Below, in pieces: positions 51,580-62,815 of a stretch of 64,000 nucleotides of DNA. How positions within the stretch are numbered: position 1 is the stretch's first letter; each line of letters begins with the position of its first letter. Position numbers and translations under genes: made by a program. The stretch covers positions 83,426-147,425 of the forward strand of contig NIVC01000716.1 of NCBI GenBank assembly GCA_002269645.1. The letters are read 5' to 3'. Under the pieces are notes generated by a model. It did not search any database. It worked only from the letters and a program-made list of their open reading frames with translations, and was not told the origin of the DNA. The DNA comes from Macrostomum lignano (taxonomy: Eukaryota).

Positions 51580-52395
51580 TTCTGCTCCATTGTGAGACTG
51601 CTGAGTCCCAATCTGAGTCCCGATTCTGCTCCATTGTGAGACTGCTGAGTCCCGATTCTGCTCCATTGTGAGACTGCTGAGTCCCAATCTGAGTCCCGAT
51701 TCTGCTCCATTGTGAGACTGCTGAGTCCCGATTCTGCTCCATTGTGAGACTGCTGAGTCCCGATTCTGCTCCATTGTGAGACTGCTGAGTCCCAATCTGA
51801 GTCCCGATTCTGCTCCATTGTGAGACTGCTGAATCCCGATTCTGCTCCATTGTGAGACTGCTGAGTCCCAATCTGAGTCCCGATTCTGCTCCATTGTGAG
51901 ACTGCTGAGTCCCAATCTGAGTCCCGATTCTGCTCTATTGTGAGACTGCTGAGTCCCAATCTGAATCCCGATTCTGCTCCATTGTGAAACTGCTGAATCC
52001 CAATCTGACTGAATCCCGATCTGACTGAGTTCCAATCTGACTGAGTCCCAATCTGACTGAGTCCCAATCTGAATCATGATCTGACTGAATCCAGATCTGA
52101 CTGAATCCCAATCTGACTGAATCCCGATCTGACTGAATCCAGATCTGACTGAATCCCAATCTGACTGAATCCCGATCTGACTGAATCCAGATCTGATTGA
52201 GTCCCGATCTGACTGAGTCCCAATCTGAGTCCCGATTCTACTTCATTGTGAGACTGCTGAGTCCCAATCTGAGTCCCGATCTGACTGAGTCCCGATCTAA
52301 CTGAATCCCGATCTGACTGAATCCCTATCTGAATGAGTCCCGATCTGACTGAGTGCCGATCTGACTGAATCCCAATCTGACTGAGTGCCGATCTG
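51580..52395. repeat. Compound intronic minisatellite: 32-bp (GAGTCCCGATTCTGCTCCATTGTGAGACTGCT) +/- a 12-bp insert, then 16-bp (GAATCCCGATCTGACT)
   Basis: Read directly. Confidence 0.92.
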
Positions 52396-52640
52396 ACGAA
52401 CTCCGAAATCGCAGTTACTATTAGTTTATTACAGTGCACTGCATTCTCGTGCTTGTATTTATAAATTTATATTGATTAATTGTTAGTCAATTTGTTGTCC
52501 TTTTAGCTGATGGTAATTTTGCGTCGGTGTCGTCGGTGAAATGCGTTAAAACTTTCAAGTCCCACAAAATTCAGAAATTATAGTTAAACAAGTCTTTGAA
52601 GCAGTTGGGGCTTCACCTGAGTGTCCGTTCGCTTTTTCAG

Positions 52641-52736
52641 GTGACGGACTTCGGCTTCGCCAAGCGGGTCAAAGGCCGCACTTGGACTCTCTGCGGCACT
52701 CCTGAGTACCTGGCGCCCGAGATCATCCTGAGCAAG
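52641..52736 (+). CDS. PRKACA: PKA-C exon ([32 protein letters not shown]), 96 nt
   Basis: tttttcag|GTG ... AAG|gtgaga; DFG, activation-loop RTWT and APE motifs. Confidence 0.98.
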
Positions 52737-52769
52737 GTGAGAACCGCTTCCACTGTCTTTTATAAGGCC

Positions 52770-55672
52770 TGAGCCCCCATGATCCTCCAGCTGCCCACCG
52801 CTCACCCCATGATCCTCCAGCTGCCTACCGCTCACCCCATGATCCTTCAGCTGCCCACCGCTCACCCCATTATCCTCCAGCTGCCCACCGCTCACCCCAT
52901 GATCCTCCAGCTGCCTACCGCTCACCCCATGATCCTTCAGCTGCCCACCGCTCACCCCATGATCCTCCAGCTGCCTACCGCTCACCCCATGATCCTTCAG
53001 CTGCCCACCGCTCACCCCATGATCCTCCAGCTGCCCACCGCTCACCCCATGATCCTTCAGCTGCCCACCGCTCACCCCATGATCCTCCAGCTGCCTACCG
53101 CTCACCCCATGATCCTTCAGCTGCCCACCGCTCACCCCATGATCCTCCAGCTGCCCACCGCTCACCCCATGATCCTTCAGCTGCCCACCGCTCACCCCAT
53201 GATCCTCCAGCTGCCCACCGCTCACCCCATGATCCTCCAGCTGCCTACCGCTCACCCCATGATCCTTCAGCTGCCCACCGCTCACCCCATGATCCTCCAG
53301 CTGCCCACCGCTCACCCCATGATCATTCAGCTGCCCACCGCTCACCCCATGATCCTTCAGCTGCCCACCGCTCACCCCATTATCCTCCAGCTGCCCACCG
53401 CTCACCCCATGATCCTCCAGCTGCCTACCGCTCACCCCATGATCCTCCAGCTGCCCACCGCTCACCCCATGATCCTCCAGCTGCCTACCGCTCACCCCAT
53501 GATCCTCCAGCTGCCCACCGCTCACCCCATGATCCTCCAGCTGCCCACCGCTCACCCCATGATCCTCCAGCTGCCTACCGCTCACCCCATGATCATTCAG
53601 CTGCCCACCGCTCACCCCATGATCCTCCAGCTGCCCACCGCTCACCCCATGATCCTCCAGCTGCCTACCGCTCACCCCATGATCCTCCAGCTGCCCACCG
53701 CTCACCCCATGATCCTCCAGCTGCCCACCGCTCACCCCATGATCCTCCAGCTGCCCACCGCTCACCCCATGATCCTTCAGCTGCCCACCGCTCACCCCAT
53801 GATCCTCCAGCTGCCCACCGCTCACCCCATGATCCTCCAGCTGCCCACCGCTCACCCCATGATCCTCCAGCTGCCTACCGCTCACCCCATGATCCTTCAG
53901 CTGCCCACCGCTCACCCCATGATCCTCCAGCTGCCCACCGCTCACCCCATGATCCTCCAGCTGATCACCGCTCACCCCATGATCCTCCAGCTGCCTACCG
54001 CTCACCCCATGATCCTTCAGCTGCCCACCGCTCACCCCATGATCCTTCAGCTGCCCACCGCTCACCCCATGATCCTTCAGCTGCCCACCGCTCACCCCAT
54101 GATCCTCCAGCTGCCCACCACTCACCCCATGATCCTTCAGCTGCCCACCGCTCACCCCATGATCCTCCAGCTGCCCACCGCTCACCCCATGATCATTCAG
54201 CTGCCCACCGCTCACCCCATGATCCTTCAGCTGCCCACCGCTCACCCCATGATCATTCAGCTGCCCACCGCTCACCCCATGATCCTCCAGCTGCCCACCG
54301 CTCACCCCATGATCCTCCAGCTGCCCACCGCTCACCCCATGATCCTTCAGCTGCCCACCGCTCACCCCATGATCCTTCAGCTGCCCACCGCTCACCCCAT
54401 GATCCTTCAGCTGCCCACCGCTCACCCCATGATCATTCAGCTGCCCACCGCTCACCCCATGATCCTCCAGCTGCCCACCGCTCACCCCATGATCCTTCAG
54501 CTGCCCACCGCTCACCCCATGATCCTCCAGCTGCCCACCGCTCACCCCATGATCCTTCAGCTGCCCACCGCTCACCCCATTATCCTCCAGCTGCCCACCG
54601 CTCACCCCATGATCCTTCAGCTGCCCACCGCTCACCCCATGATCCTTCAGCTGCCCACCGCTCACCCCATGATCCTCCAGCTGCCCACCGCTCACCCCAT
54701 GATCCTTCAGCTGCCCACCGCTCACCCCATGATCCTCCAGCTGCCCACCGCTCACCCCATGATCCTTCAGCTGCCCACCGCTCACCCCATGATCATTCAG
54801 CTGCCCACCGCTCACCCCATGATCCTCCAGCTGCCCACCGCTCACCCCATGATCCTTCAGCTGCCCACCGCTCACCCCATGATCCTCCAGCTGCCCACCG
54901 CTCACCCCATGATCCTTCAGCTGCCCACCGCTTACCCCATGATCCTCCAGCTGCCCACCGCTCACCCCATGATCCTTCAGCTGCCCACCGCTCACCCCAT
55001 GATCCTTCAGCTGCCCACCGCTCACCCCATGATCCTTCAGCTGCCCACCGCTCACCCCATGATCATTCAGCTGCCCACCGCTCACCCCATGATCCTCCAG
55101 CTGCCCACCGCTCACCCCATGATCCTTCAGCTGCCCACCGCTTACCCCATGATCCTTCAGCTGCCCACCGCTCACCCCATAATCCTCCAGCTCCCCACCG
55201 CTCACCCCATGATCCTTCAGCTGCCCACCGCTCACCCCATGATCCTCCAGCTGCCCACCGCTCACCCCATGATCCTTCAGCTGCCCACCGCTTACCCCAT
55301 GATCCTTCAGCTGCCCACCGCTCACCCCATGATCCTCCAGCTCCCCACCGCTCACCCCATGATCCTTCAGCTGCCCACCGCTCACCCCATGATCCTCCAG
55401 CTGCCCACCGCTCACCCCATGATCCTCCAGCTGCCCACCGCTCACCCCATGATCCTTCAGCTGCACACCGCTCACCCCATGATCCTTCAGCTGCCCACCG
55501 CTCACCCCATGATCCTCCAGCTGCCCACCGCTCACCCCATGATCCTCCAGCTGCCCACCGCTCACCCCATGATCCTTCAGCTGCACACCGCTCACCCCAT
55601 GATCCTTCAGCTGCCCACCGCTCACCCCATGATCCTCCAGCTGCCCACCGCTCACCCCATGATCCCTCTCAC
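52770..55672. repeat. 30-bp intronic minisatellite (CCCCATGATCCTCCAGCTGCCCACCGCTCA)n, about 97 copies
   Basis: Read directly; source of the 1029-aa and 1035-aa repeat ORFs. Confidence 0.98.
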
Positions 55673-55711
55673 TGCTCCTAAATCCCGCCACTCACCGCTC
55701 GCACCTCCCAG

Positions 55712-55984
55712 GGCTACAACAAGGCCGTGGACTGGTGGGCCCTGGGCGTGCTGGTCTACGAGATGGCCGCCGGCTACCCGCCGTTCTTCGCGGACCAGCC
55801 AATCCAGATCTACGAAAAAATCGTGGCGGGCAAAGTGCGCTTCCCCAGCCACTTCTCCACCGATCTGAAGGACCTGCTGAAGAACCTGCTGCAGGTGGAC
55901 CTCACCAAGCGCTTCGGCAACCTGAAGAACGGCGTGAACGACATCAAGTCGCACAAGTGGTTCGCCACCACCGACTGGGTCCAG
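55712..55984 (+). CDS. PRKACA: PKA-C exon ([38 protein letters not shown]...[13 protein letters not shown]), 273 nt
   Basis: cctcccag|GGC ... CAG|gtgagc; near-identical to PKA-C helices F-I. Confidence 0.98.
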
Positions 55985-56189
55985 GTGAGCTCCTGCGTCC
56001 CGGATGCCTGCATTTTAGATTCTTTTAGATCTGGGAACCCCCTGACGTTCATAGTGGAATTCTGATTGATTTGATCTGGGAATTCCTTGATGTTCATAGG
56101 GGAATTCTGATTGATTCGATCTGGGAATTCCTTGATGTTCATAGGGGAATTCTGATTGATTTGATCTGGGAATTCCTTGATGTTCATAG

Positions 56190-58390
56190 TGATGTAACTG
56201 CCCTTGTCGCCTGTCCGCTCCGTAGAGAGACGAACGCATGACTAGAGGGGGCAATGACCGTAGGCTGCCTATGACCGGGCAATGAACTGACGGACCTCCA
56301 GCACCAGACTGTCCCGCCCACATGATTGATAGCTTTGGTAGCGCTTTGTGACCAGAGGGCCAAGGACCCACATGGACCCCACCTGTAGCCAAGGTGCAAT
56401 AGTTGGTCACTCGGTCATAGCATGACCGAATGGCTGCCACCACTCTATGTGACCTGGCGCACCTAGATCTTACTACCAGACCTCTCGAGGCTAGAGCCCC
56501 GCCTGGATTGGTTACCAGGGGATTTAGGCTAACAGGGGAGACACATGCAGCCGAGTACTCTGCTTGGGGCATGATCGGGAACTCTGGGCTCAATCTGGAG
56601 GATTTCTCAGCAGGGGATCCTTTGTGGCTGTGAGCGAGGCTGACTTGCGACTTTGATTACTAAGAGTAGTATGAGGCGAACATGTACTGTCTCTAGTTTA
56701 GATTGCTCAGGGCGAAGGGACGCGTCAGCATGGGTTGCAATCTTCCTACTGCCATTCTGTGCCAAGACTCGCTAATCCCTCTACTGCACGCACACGCGGC
56801 CCCGCAGCACGCACTCACGGGCGGGCTTTGCACGGGGAGAGGCCATTAGCTTACCCAAACTTCCTTATGCTTAGCCACCCCGGGAGAAAGGCTTAGCAAG
56901 CCATGAGTGAAATGATGGTGAAAGAGTGAATAATGATGAGGTTAGTTAATAGTTAATAATTAGGCCCTTAGGCAAATAGTCAGGCACTTAGGCGGCTTCA
57001 CTATTGAGTAAAATACAGCAAAAGATACGGTATCACAATTGGCTCAGCTCTCTAATTAAGCAATGGAAAATAGGCAAACCCCGGATAAGCAAGGCGATTA
57101 GAGCACAAATTAGTAACAGGAACTTACCGGCAGCTGCACAGAGAGAGAGAGAGCGATGGAGTGACCGTGGGCGGCTGTAGGCTGCAGTCAGGCAGACAGT
57201 GAAGCGGCGATGCGCTGAAGCGACGAGGCGCTGATGTAGATCAGGCGATGCTGATGATGCTGGGCGGTATCAGACCGCTGGCCGTTAGGCGAGCTCTCTT
57301 GGGGAGCTGAAGATAACTTGGCGGTAACAGACCGCGGACCGGCAGGGGTTCGTCTGATAGACGGAAAGGTCAGAGCAGTGTCTGACCGCAAGTCCAAAGA
57401 AGGACGAGGAGACAAACAGTCTGAGGATTCTCATGCCGAAATCGCTTCCTTTTATAGCCTTCACAGCCGCCTCTCCAAGTTCGTTACCATGACTCCCTCT
57501 CTCTGATTGGCTGCCGGCAGAATGACGTCAGAATGAGTCATAATGAGAAGCATGAGACCGGCATAGCAACATGAGAAATGGGAGAATTGCGCAATCCGGA
57601 GGTGGGGTGGGGGGATAATTGGCGCAGCGGGTGGTCGCGAAAGTGTTGCGCAAGCAAACATTGAGAACAATGGGGCTGGGGTCGAGAACAAAGGAATTGG
57701 AAATCGGGGATAATTGGGGAGAATCGAGAACAATAGAAAAGCAAACATTGGGGAAAAGGTGATAATTAGGTGCCAAAACGAGAACAAAAGAAAGAGAAAA
57801 TCGGAGAAAATGTGATAATTGGTGGGGGTAAAGAGAACAAAAGAATCAAAAACGAGAACAATAGAAGCGGAGGTGGGGTGGGTGTCGCATGAGAAATTTG
57901 GGGAGGAGAACAATGGCGTGAGGAAAGGTTGCGCAAGAGAGGGGGATGAGTCATCGATGAGTCATTGAGGGGAAGAAGGGGTCACACGACTTGCGTCACC
58001 GTTTGGGAGTTTGAGAAGGGATGGGGTGACGGTGAGCGCACAAAATACTGTAAGTAGATGCAGAGAAAGGGAGGACAGCGCAGGAAAAGAGTGCAGAGAG
58101 AGACAAAAAGAGAGGGGACAGGAAGAGTACAAGAAGAATAGGGTAGAGCGCAGGGGAAATAGGGTGGAGGGGGAGGTACAGAGAGAGACAGGGAGCTCCG
58201 GAAAGGCAAGTGTGGCGGCAGGGGAGACGGAGCCAAGGCAGCAGGGGGGTGCAGCAGAGCGGGAGTCTCCAGGCCTGGTCGGAGACCTGGCCGAGTCTCG
58301 ACAGCTCTGTGCAGGGGGGGTGCACGGGATAGGAGACACTTTCGAAAAAGTTCCCCTGCCCTATCCCGCGACCAGAGCGTGGTTACATCA
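56190..58390 (-). mobile_element. 2201-bp solo-LTR-like insertion (probably Ty3/Gypsy- or BEL-type)
   Basis: Termini TGATGTAAC ... GTTACATCA (9-bp inverted, TG..CA) with 4-bp TSD ATAG (56186-56189 / 58391-58394). No coding capacity recognised. Orientation inferred from promoter motifs. Confidence 0.82.
57420..57965 (-). promoter_or_regulatory. Pol II promoter-like motif cluster in the LTR, facing antisense to PKA-C
   Basis: Minus-strand TATAAA 57455-57450 and CCAAT 57510-57506; CRE TGACGTCA 57523-57530; AP-1 TGAGTCA at 57534, 57947 and 57958; C/EBP TTGCGCAA at 57587, 57646 and 57929. Confidence 0.6.
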
Positions 58391-58644
58391 ATAGGGGAAT
58401 TCTGATTGATTCGATCTGGGAATTCCTTGATTTTCATAGGGCAATTCTGTTTGATTTGATATGGGAATTCCTTGATTTTCATCGGGGAATTCTGGTTGAT
58501 TTGATCTAGGAATTCTTTGATCATAGGGCAATTCTGATTGATTTGATCTGGGAATTCCTTGATTTTCATAGGGAAGTTGGTTTAGGTTTTATTGCATGGA
58601 ATTTTGTTTCCATTTTGGAATTCCTTTGGGCTTTCGTCCGCCAG

Positions 58645-58785
58645 GTGTACAAGAAGGAGGTCGAGGCGCCCTTCATCCCCAAGTCGAAGGGCCCGGGCGA
58701 CCCGTCCAACTTCGACGAATACGAGGAGGAGCCGCTGCGGATTGCCAGCTCTGAGAAGTGCGCCAAGGAATTCGCCGAGTTCTGA
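58645..58785 (+). CDS. PRKACA: PKA-C terminal exon ([46 protein letters not shown])
   Basis: gtccgccag|GTG; AGC C-tail with PFIP, FDEY and the terminal FxxF motif; TGA at 58783-58785. Confidence 0.97.
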   Translation: MYKKEVEAPFIPKSKGPGDPSNFDEYEEEPLRIASSEKCAKEFAEF

Positions 58786-58814
58786 GGCCCCCGGCGCGCG
58801 TTCGGGACAATTTG

Positions 58815-59082
58815 TCCGCCTGTCTGTCTGCCTGCCTGTCCACCTGTCTGCCTGCCTGTCCGCCTGTCTGTCTGCCTGCCTGTCCACCTGTCCGCCTGCC
58901 TGTCCGCCTGTCTGTCTGCCTGTCTGTCTGCCTGTCTGTCTGTCTGTCTGCCTGTCTGTCTGCCTGTCTGCCTGTCTGTCTGTCTGCCTGTCTGTCTGTC
59001 TGTCTGCCTGTCTGTCCGCCTGTCTGTCTGTCTGCCTGTCTGTCCGCCTGGCTGTTTGCCTGTCTGCCTGTCTGCCTGCCTG
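58815..59082. repeat. (CTGT/CCTG)n microsatellite in the PKA-C 3' UTR
   Basis: Read directly. Confidence 0.93.
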
Positions 59083-59369
59083 TGCTTCTTTGCTGTTTTT
59101 CTACGAACTTGACTCTTCTCCCTGTTCCCTCGACGTGTTCCTGTCCGACCTCAGTTTCTGTTTCCTTCCTGCTATTAACTTTTGTTCTGTTGCAGTTTCT
59201 GTCACTTTAGCCGTTCGCTCTATTGTTTATACTGTGAATTGTAATGCTATATTATTATTTCTATCCTCATTGTTTCTGCTAACGCTGGTGTACCGGCACT
59301 TCGGCCCATCGCGTGTCTGTCAGTCCAGTCCCGCCTGTCTGCCAGCCCAAGCATTAAACACCACCATGT

Positions 59370-59375
59370 AATAAA
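59370..59375 (+). terminator. Candidate polyadenylation signal AATAAA for PKA-C (ATTAAA also at 59353)
   Basis: First AATAAA I noticed, about 585 nt after the stop codon. Confidence 0.5.
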
Positions 59376-59384
59376 CTAACTAAC

Positions 59385-59925
59385 ACTGGAGCCCATAAAC
59401 ACCCAACCCCATAAACACCCAACCCCATAAACACCCAACCCCATAAACACCCAACCCCATAAACACCCAACCCCATAAACACCCAACCCCATAAACACCC
59501 AACCCCATAAGCACCCAACCCCATAAACACCCAACCCCATAAACACCCAACCCCATAAGCACCCAACCCCATAAACACCCAACCCCATAAACACCCAACC
59601 CCATAAACACCCAACCCCATAAACACCCAACCCCATAAACACCCAACCCCATAAACACCCAACCCCATAAACACCCAACCCCATAAACACCCAAACCCAT
59701 AAACACCCAGCCCCATACACACAACCCCATAAACACCCAACCCCATACACACAACCCCATAAACAGCCAACCCCATAAACACCCAACCCCAGAAACACCC
59801 AAACCCATAAACACCCAACCCCATACACACAACCCCATAAACACCCAACCCCATACACACAACCCCATAAACACTCAACCCCATAAACACCCAACACCAT
59901 AAACACCCAACCCCATAAACACCCC
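59385..59925. repeat. 16-bp minisatellite (CCCCATAAACACCCAA)n
   Basis: About 33 copies read directly. Confidence 0.95.
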
Positions 59926-60884
59926 GCGGATTCGCGCCCGCTGCCCCGGCAACTCACAGCTGTTTAATTTGAACTTCTAGCTCTCGACCCCGCGCGTTCC
60001 CCCCCCCTGGCGCGCTACATTTTAGGTTTAATTTTTGTATTTGTGAATCTACACACATGTTACTACTTGCTGAGCTTTGCTTGCTTTGCTTTTTTCTGCA
60101 TGCGCTGCTCCGTCTCAGAATAGAATTAGTTATAGAAAATAGACAGACGGTCGGGAGCCGAGGGAGCTGCCTTCGAGCCGGGGACCGCTTACCAGCTGTC
60201 TGGACTGGAAAGCAAAGCCCAGACTTCACTCTGATGGACTTTGCAGTCCAAAGAGTTGCTAGTGGTCCCTGTTCTGCCGATAGCGGCCCCAACCGGCCCC
60301 ACTTTCGATGTTGTTGCCGTCTGAAAGTTGCTATGATAATTAATAATTTTATGACTTATTTTTAAGTTCGCTGACTTCAACAAAATCTGCAATCGTGCGG
60401 TACTGTGCGATTTTCCCGTTAACAAAATCAAGTTAATGCAATCTGGAGTGCTGAAGTCCCGCTCGGTTTCCTCTTCTGCACTCTACCTGTACTCTTAGTC
60501 CGCCTGTTCCCATTGCACCTGCTAGAGCTGATTTGTCTGTCAGCGCAGATCCCCTGAGAAACCTCCCTGTTTTTTTCCTCAGATATTCTGATCCCCGTTG
60601 TAACTGCCCAGCTCATAGTGCGACACTGATGTGCGTATTGAAGACAACCGAGATCTTAACGAATATAATTTATTAAAATATACCTTGCTGTATACACTAT
60701 GCATTATCGCATACTCTAATTATTATTGCTGACTTATATTAACCATTGCAAGTGGCTTTGTGTGTGCATTGCTGTGCTGTCGGACTGGTCTTCAGATTTT
60801 AACTGCCTGCTCGAGTGAGGCTGGGGGGGTCTGGCAGAGTGATGAAGGGCCAGGTCAGAGAGGTAGGGGCTCATTGGTGAATGG

Positions 60885-62815
60885 GCACAAGGTGAGTGGT
60901 TGAAGGGACACGGGGTGAGTGGTTGAAGGGACATAGGGTGAGTAATTGAAGGGACACAGGGTGAGTGATTGAAGGGGCACAGGGTCAGTGGTTGATGGGG
61001 CACAGGGTGAGTGGTTGAAGGGACACAGGGTCAGTGGTTGAAGGGGCACAGGGTCAGTGGTTGATGGGGCACAGGGTGAGTGGTTGAAGGGGCACAGGGT
61101 GAGTGGTTGAAGGGGCACAGGGTGAGTGGTTGAAGGGGCACAGGGTGAGTGGTTGAAGGGACACAGGGTGAGTGGTTGAAGGGGCACAGGGTGAGTGGTT
61201 GAAGGGACACAGGGTGAGTGATTGAAGGGACACAGGGTGAGTGATTGAAGGGACACAGGGTCAGTGGTTGAAGGGACACAGGGTCAGTGGGTGAAGGGAC
61301 ACAGGGTCAGTGGGTGAAGGGACACAGGGTCAGTGGTTGAAGGGACACAGGGTCAGTGGGTGAAGGGACATAGGGTCAGTGGGTGAAGGGACATAGGGTC
61401 AGTGGGTGAAGGGACACAGGGTCAGTGGGTGAAGGGACACAGGGTGAGTGATTGAAGGGGCACAGGGTCAGTGGTTGATGGGGCACAGGGTGAGTGGTTG
61501 AAGGGACACAGGGTCAGTGGTTGAAGGGGCACAGGGTGAGTGATTGAAGGGACACAGGGTGAGTGGTTGAAGGGGCACAGGGTGAGTGGTTGAAGGGGCA
61601 CAGGGTGAGTGGTTGAAGGGGCACAGGGTGAGTGGTTGAAGGGGCACAGGGTGAGTGGTTGAAGGGGCACAGGGTGAGTGGTTGAAGGGACACAGGGTGA
61701 GTGGTTGAAGGGACACAGGGTGAGTGATTGAAGGGACACAGGGTCAGTGGGTGAAGGGACACAGGGTCAGTGGTTGAAGGGACACAGGGTCAGTGGGTGA
61801 AGGGACATAGGGTCAGTGGTTGAAGGGACACAGGGTCAGTGGGTGAAGGGACACAGGGTCAGTGGGTGAAGGGACACAGGGTCAGTGGTTGAAGGGACAC
61901 AGGGTCAGTGGGTGAAGGGACACAGGGTCAGTGGGTGAAGGGGCACAGGGTCAGTGGGTGAAGGGGCACAGGGTCAGTGGGTGAAGGGGCACAGGGTCAG
62001 TGGGTGAAGGGGCACAGGGTCAGTGGGTGAAGGGACATAGGGTCAGTGGGTGAAGGGACACAGGGTCAGTGGGTGAAGGGACACAGGGTCAGTGGGTGAA
62101 GGGACTCAGGGTCAGTGGGTGAAGGGACACAGGGTCAGTGGGTGAAGGGACACAGGGTCAGTGGGTGAAGGGACACAGGGTCAGTGGGTGAAGGGACATA
62201 GGGTCAGTGGGTGAAGGGACACAGGGTCAGTGGGTGAAGGGACACAGGGTCAGTGGGTGAAGGGACATAGGGTCAGTGGGTGAAGGGACACAGGGTCAGT
62301 GGGTGAAGGGACACAGGGTCAGTGGGTGAAGGGACACAGGGTCAGTGGTTGAAGGGACACAGGGTCAGTGGGTGAAGGGACACAGGGTCAGTGGGTGAAG
62401 GGACACAGGGTCAGTGGGTGAAGGGACACAGGGTCAGTGGGTGAAGGGACACAGGGTCAGTGGGTGAAGGGACACAGGGTCAGTGGGTGAAGGGACTCAG
62501 GGTCAGTGGGTGAAGGGACACAGGGTCAGTGGTTGAAGGGACACAGGGTCAGTGGGTGAAGGGACACAGGGTCAGTGGGTGAAGGGACATAGGGTCAGTG
62601 GGTGAAGGGACACAGGGTCAGTGGGTGAAGGGACACAGGGTCAGTGGGTGAAGGGACACAGGGTCAGTGGGTGAAGGGACACAGGGTCAGTGGGTGAAGG
62701 GACACAGGGTCAGTGGGTGAAGGGACACAGGGTCAGTGGGTGAAGGGACACAGGGTCAGTGGTTGAAGGGACACAGGGTCAGTGGTTGAAGGGACACAGG
62801 GTCAGTGGGTGAAGG
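60885..62815. repeat. 23-bp minisatellite (CAGGGTCAGTGGGTGAAGGGACA)n, about 84 copies
   Basis: Read directly; GGGTGAGTGGTT variants on the left and GGGTCAGTGGGT variants on the right. Confidence 0.97.

Larger units (their letters stand above)
56035..58575. repeat. 45-bp intronic minisatellite (GGGAATTCCTTGATGTTCATAGGGGAATTCTGATTGATTTGATCT) split into 56035-56189 and 58391-58575 by the insertion
   Basis: The same unit, in register, lies on both sides of the inserted element. Confidence 0.9.

Noticed and set aside
52584-55868. 1035-aa (DHGVSGGQLE)n and 1029-aa (MILQLPTAHP)n ORFs
   Set aside because: A 30-bp stop-free intronic repeat between two PKA-C exons; the unique ends are just PKA exons read antisense or out of frame.
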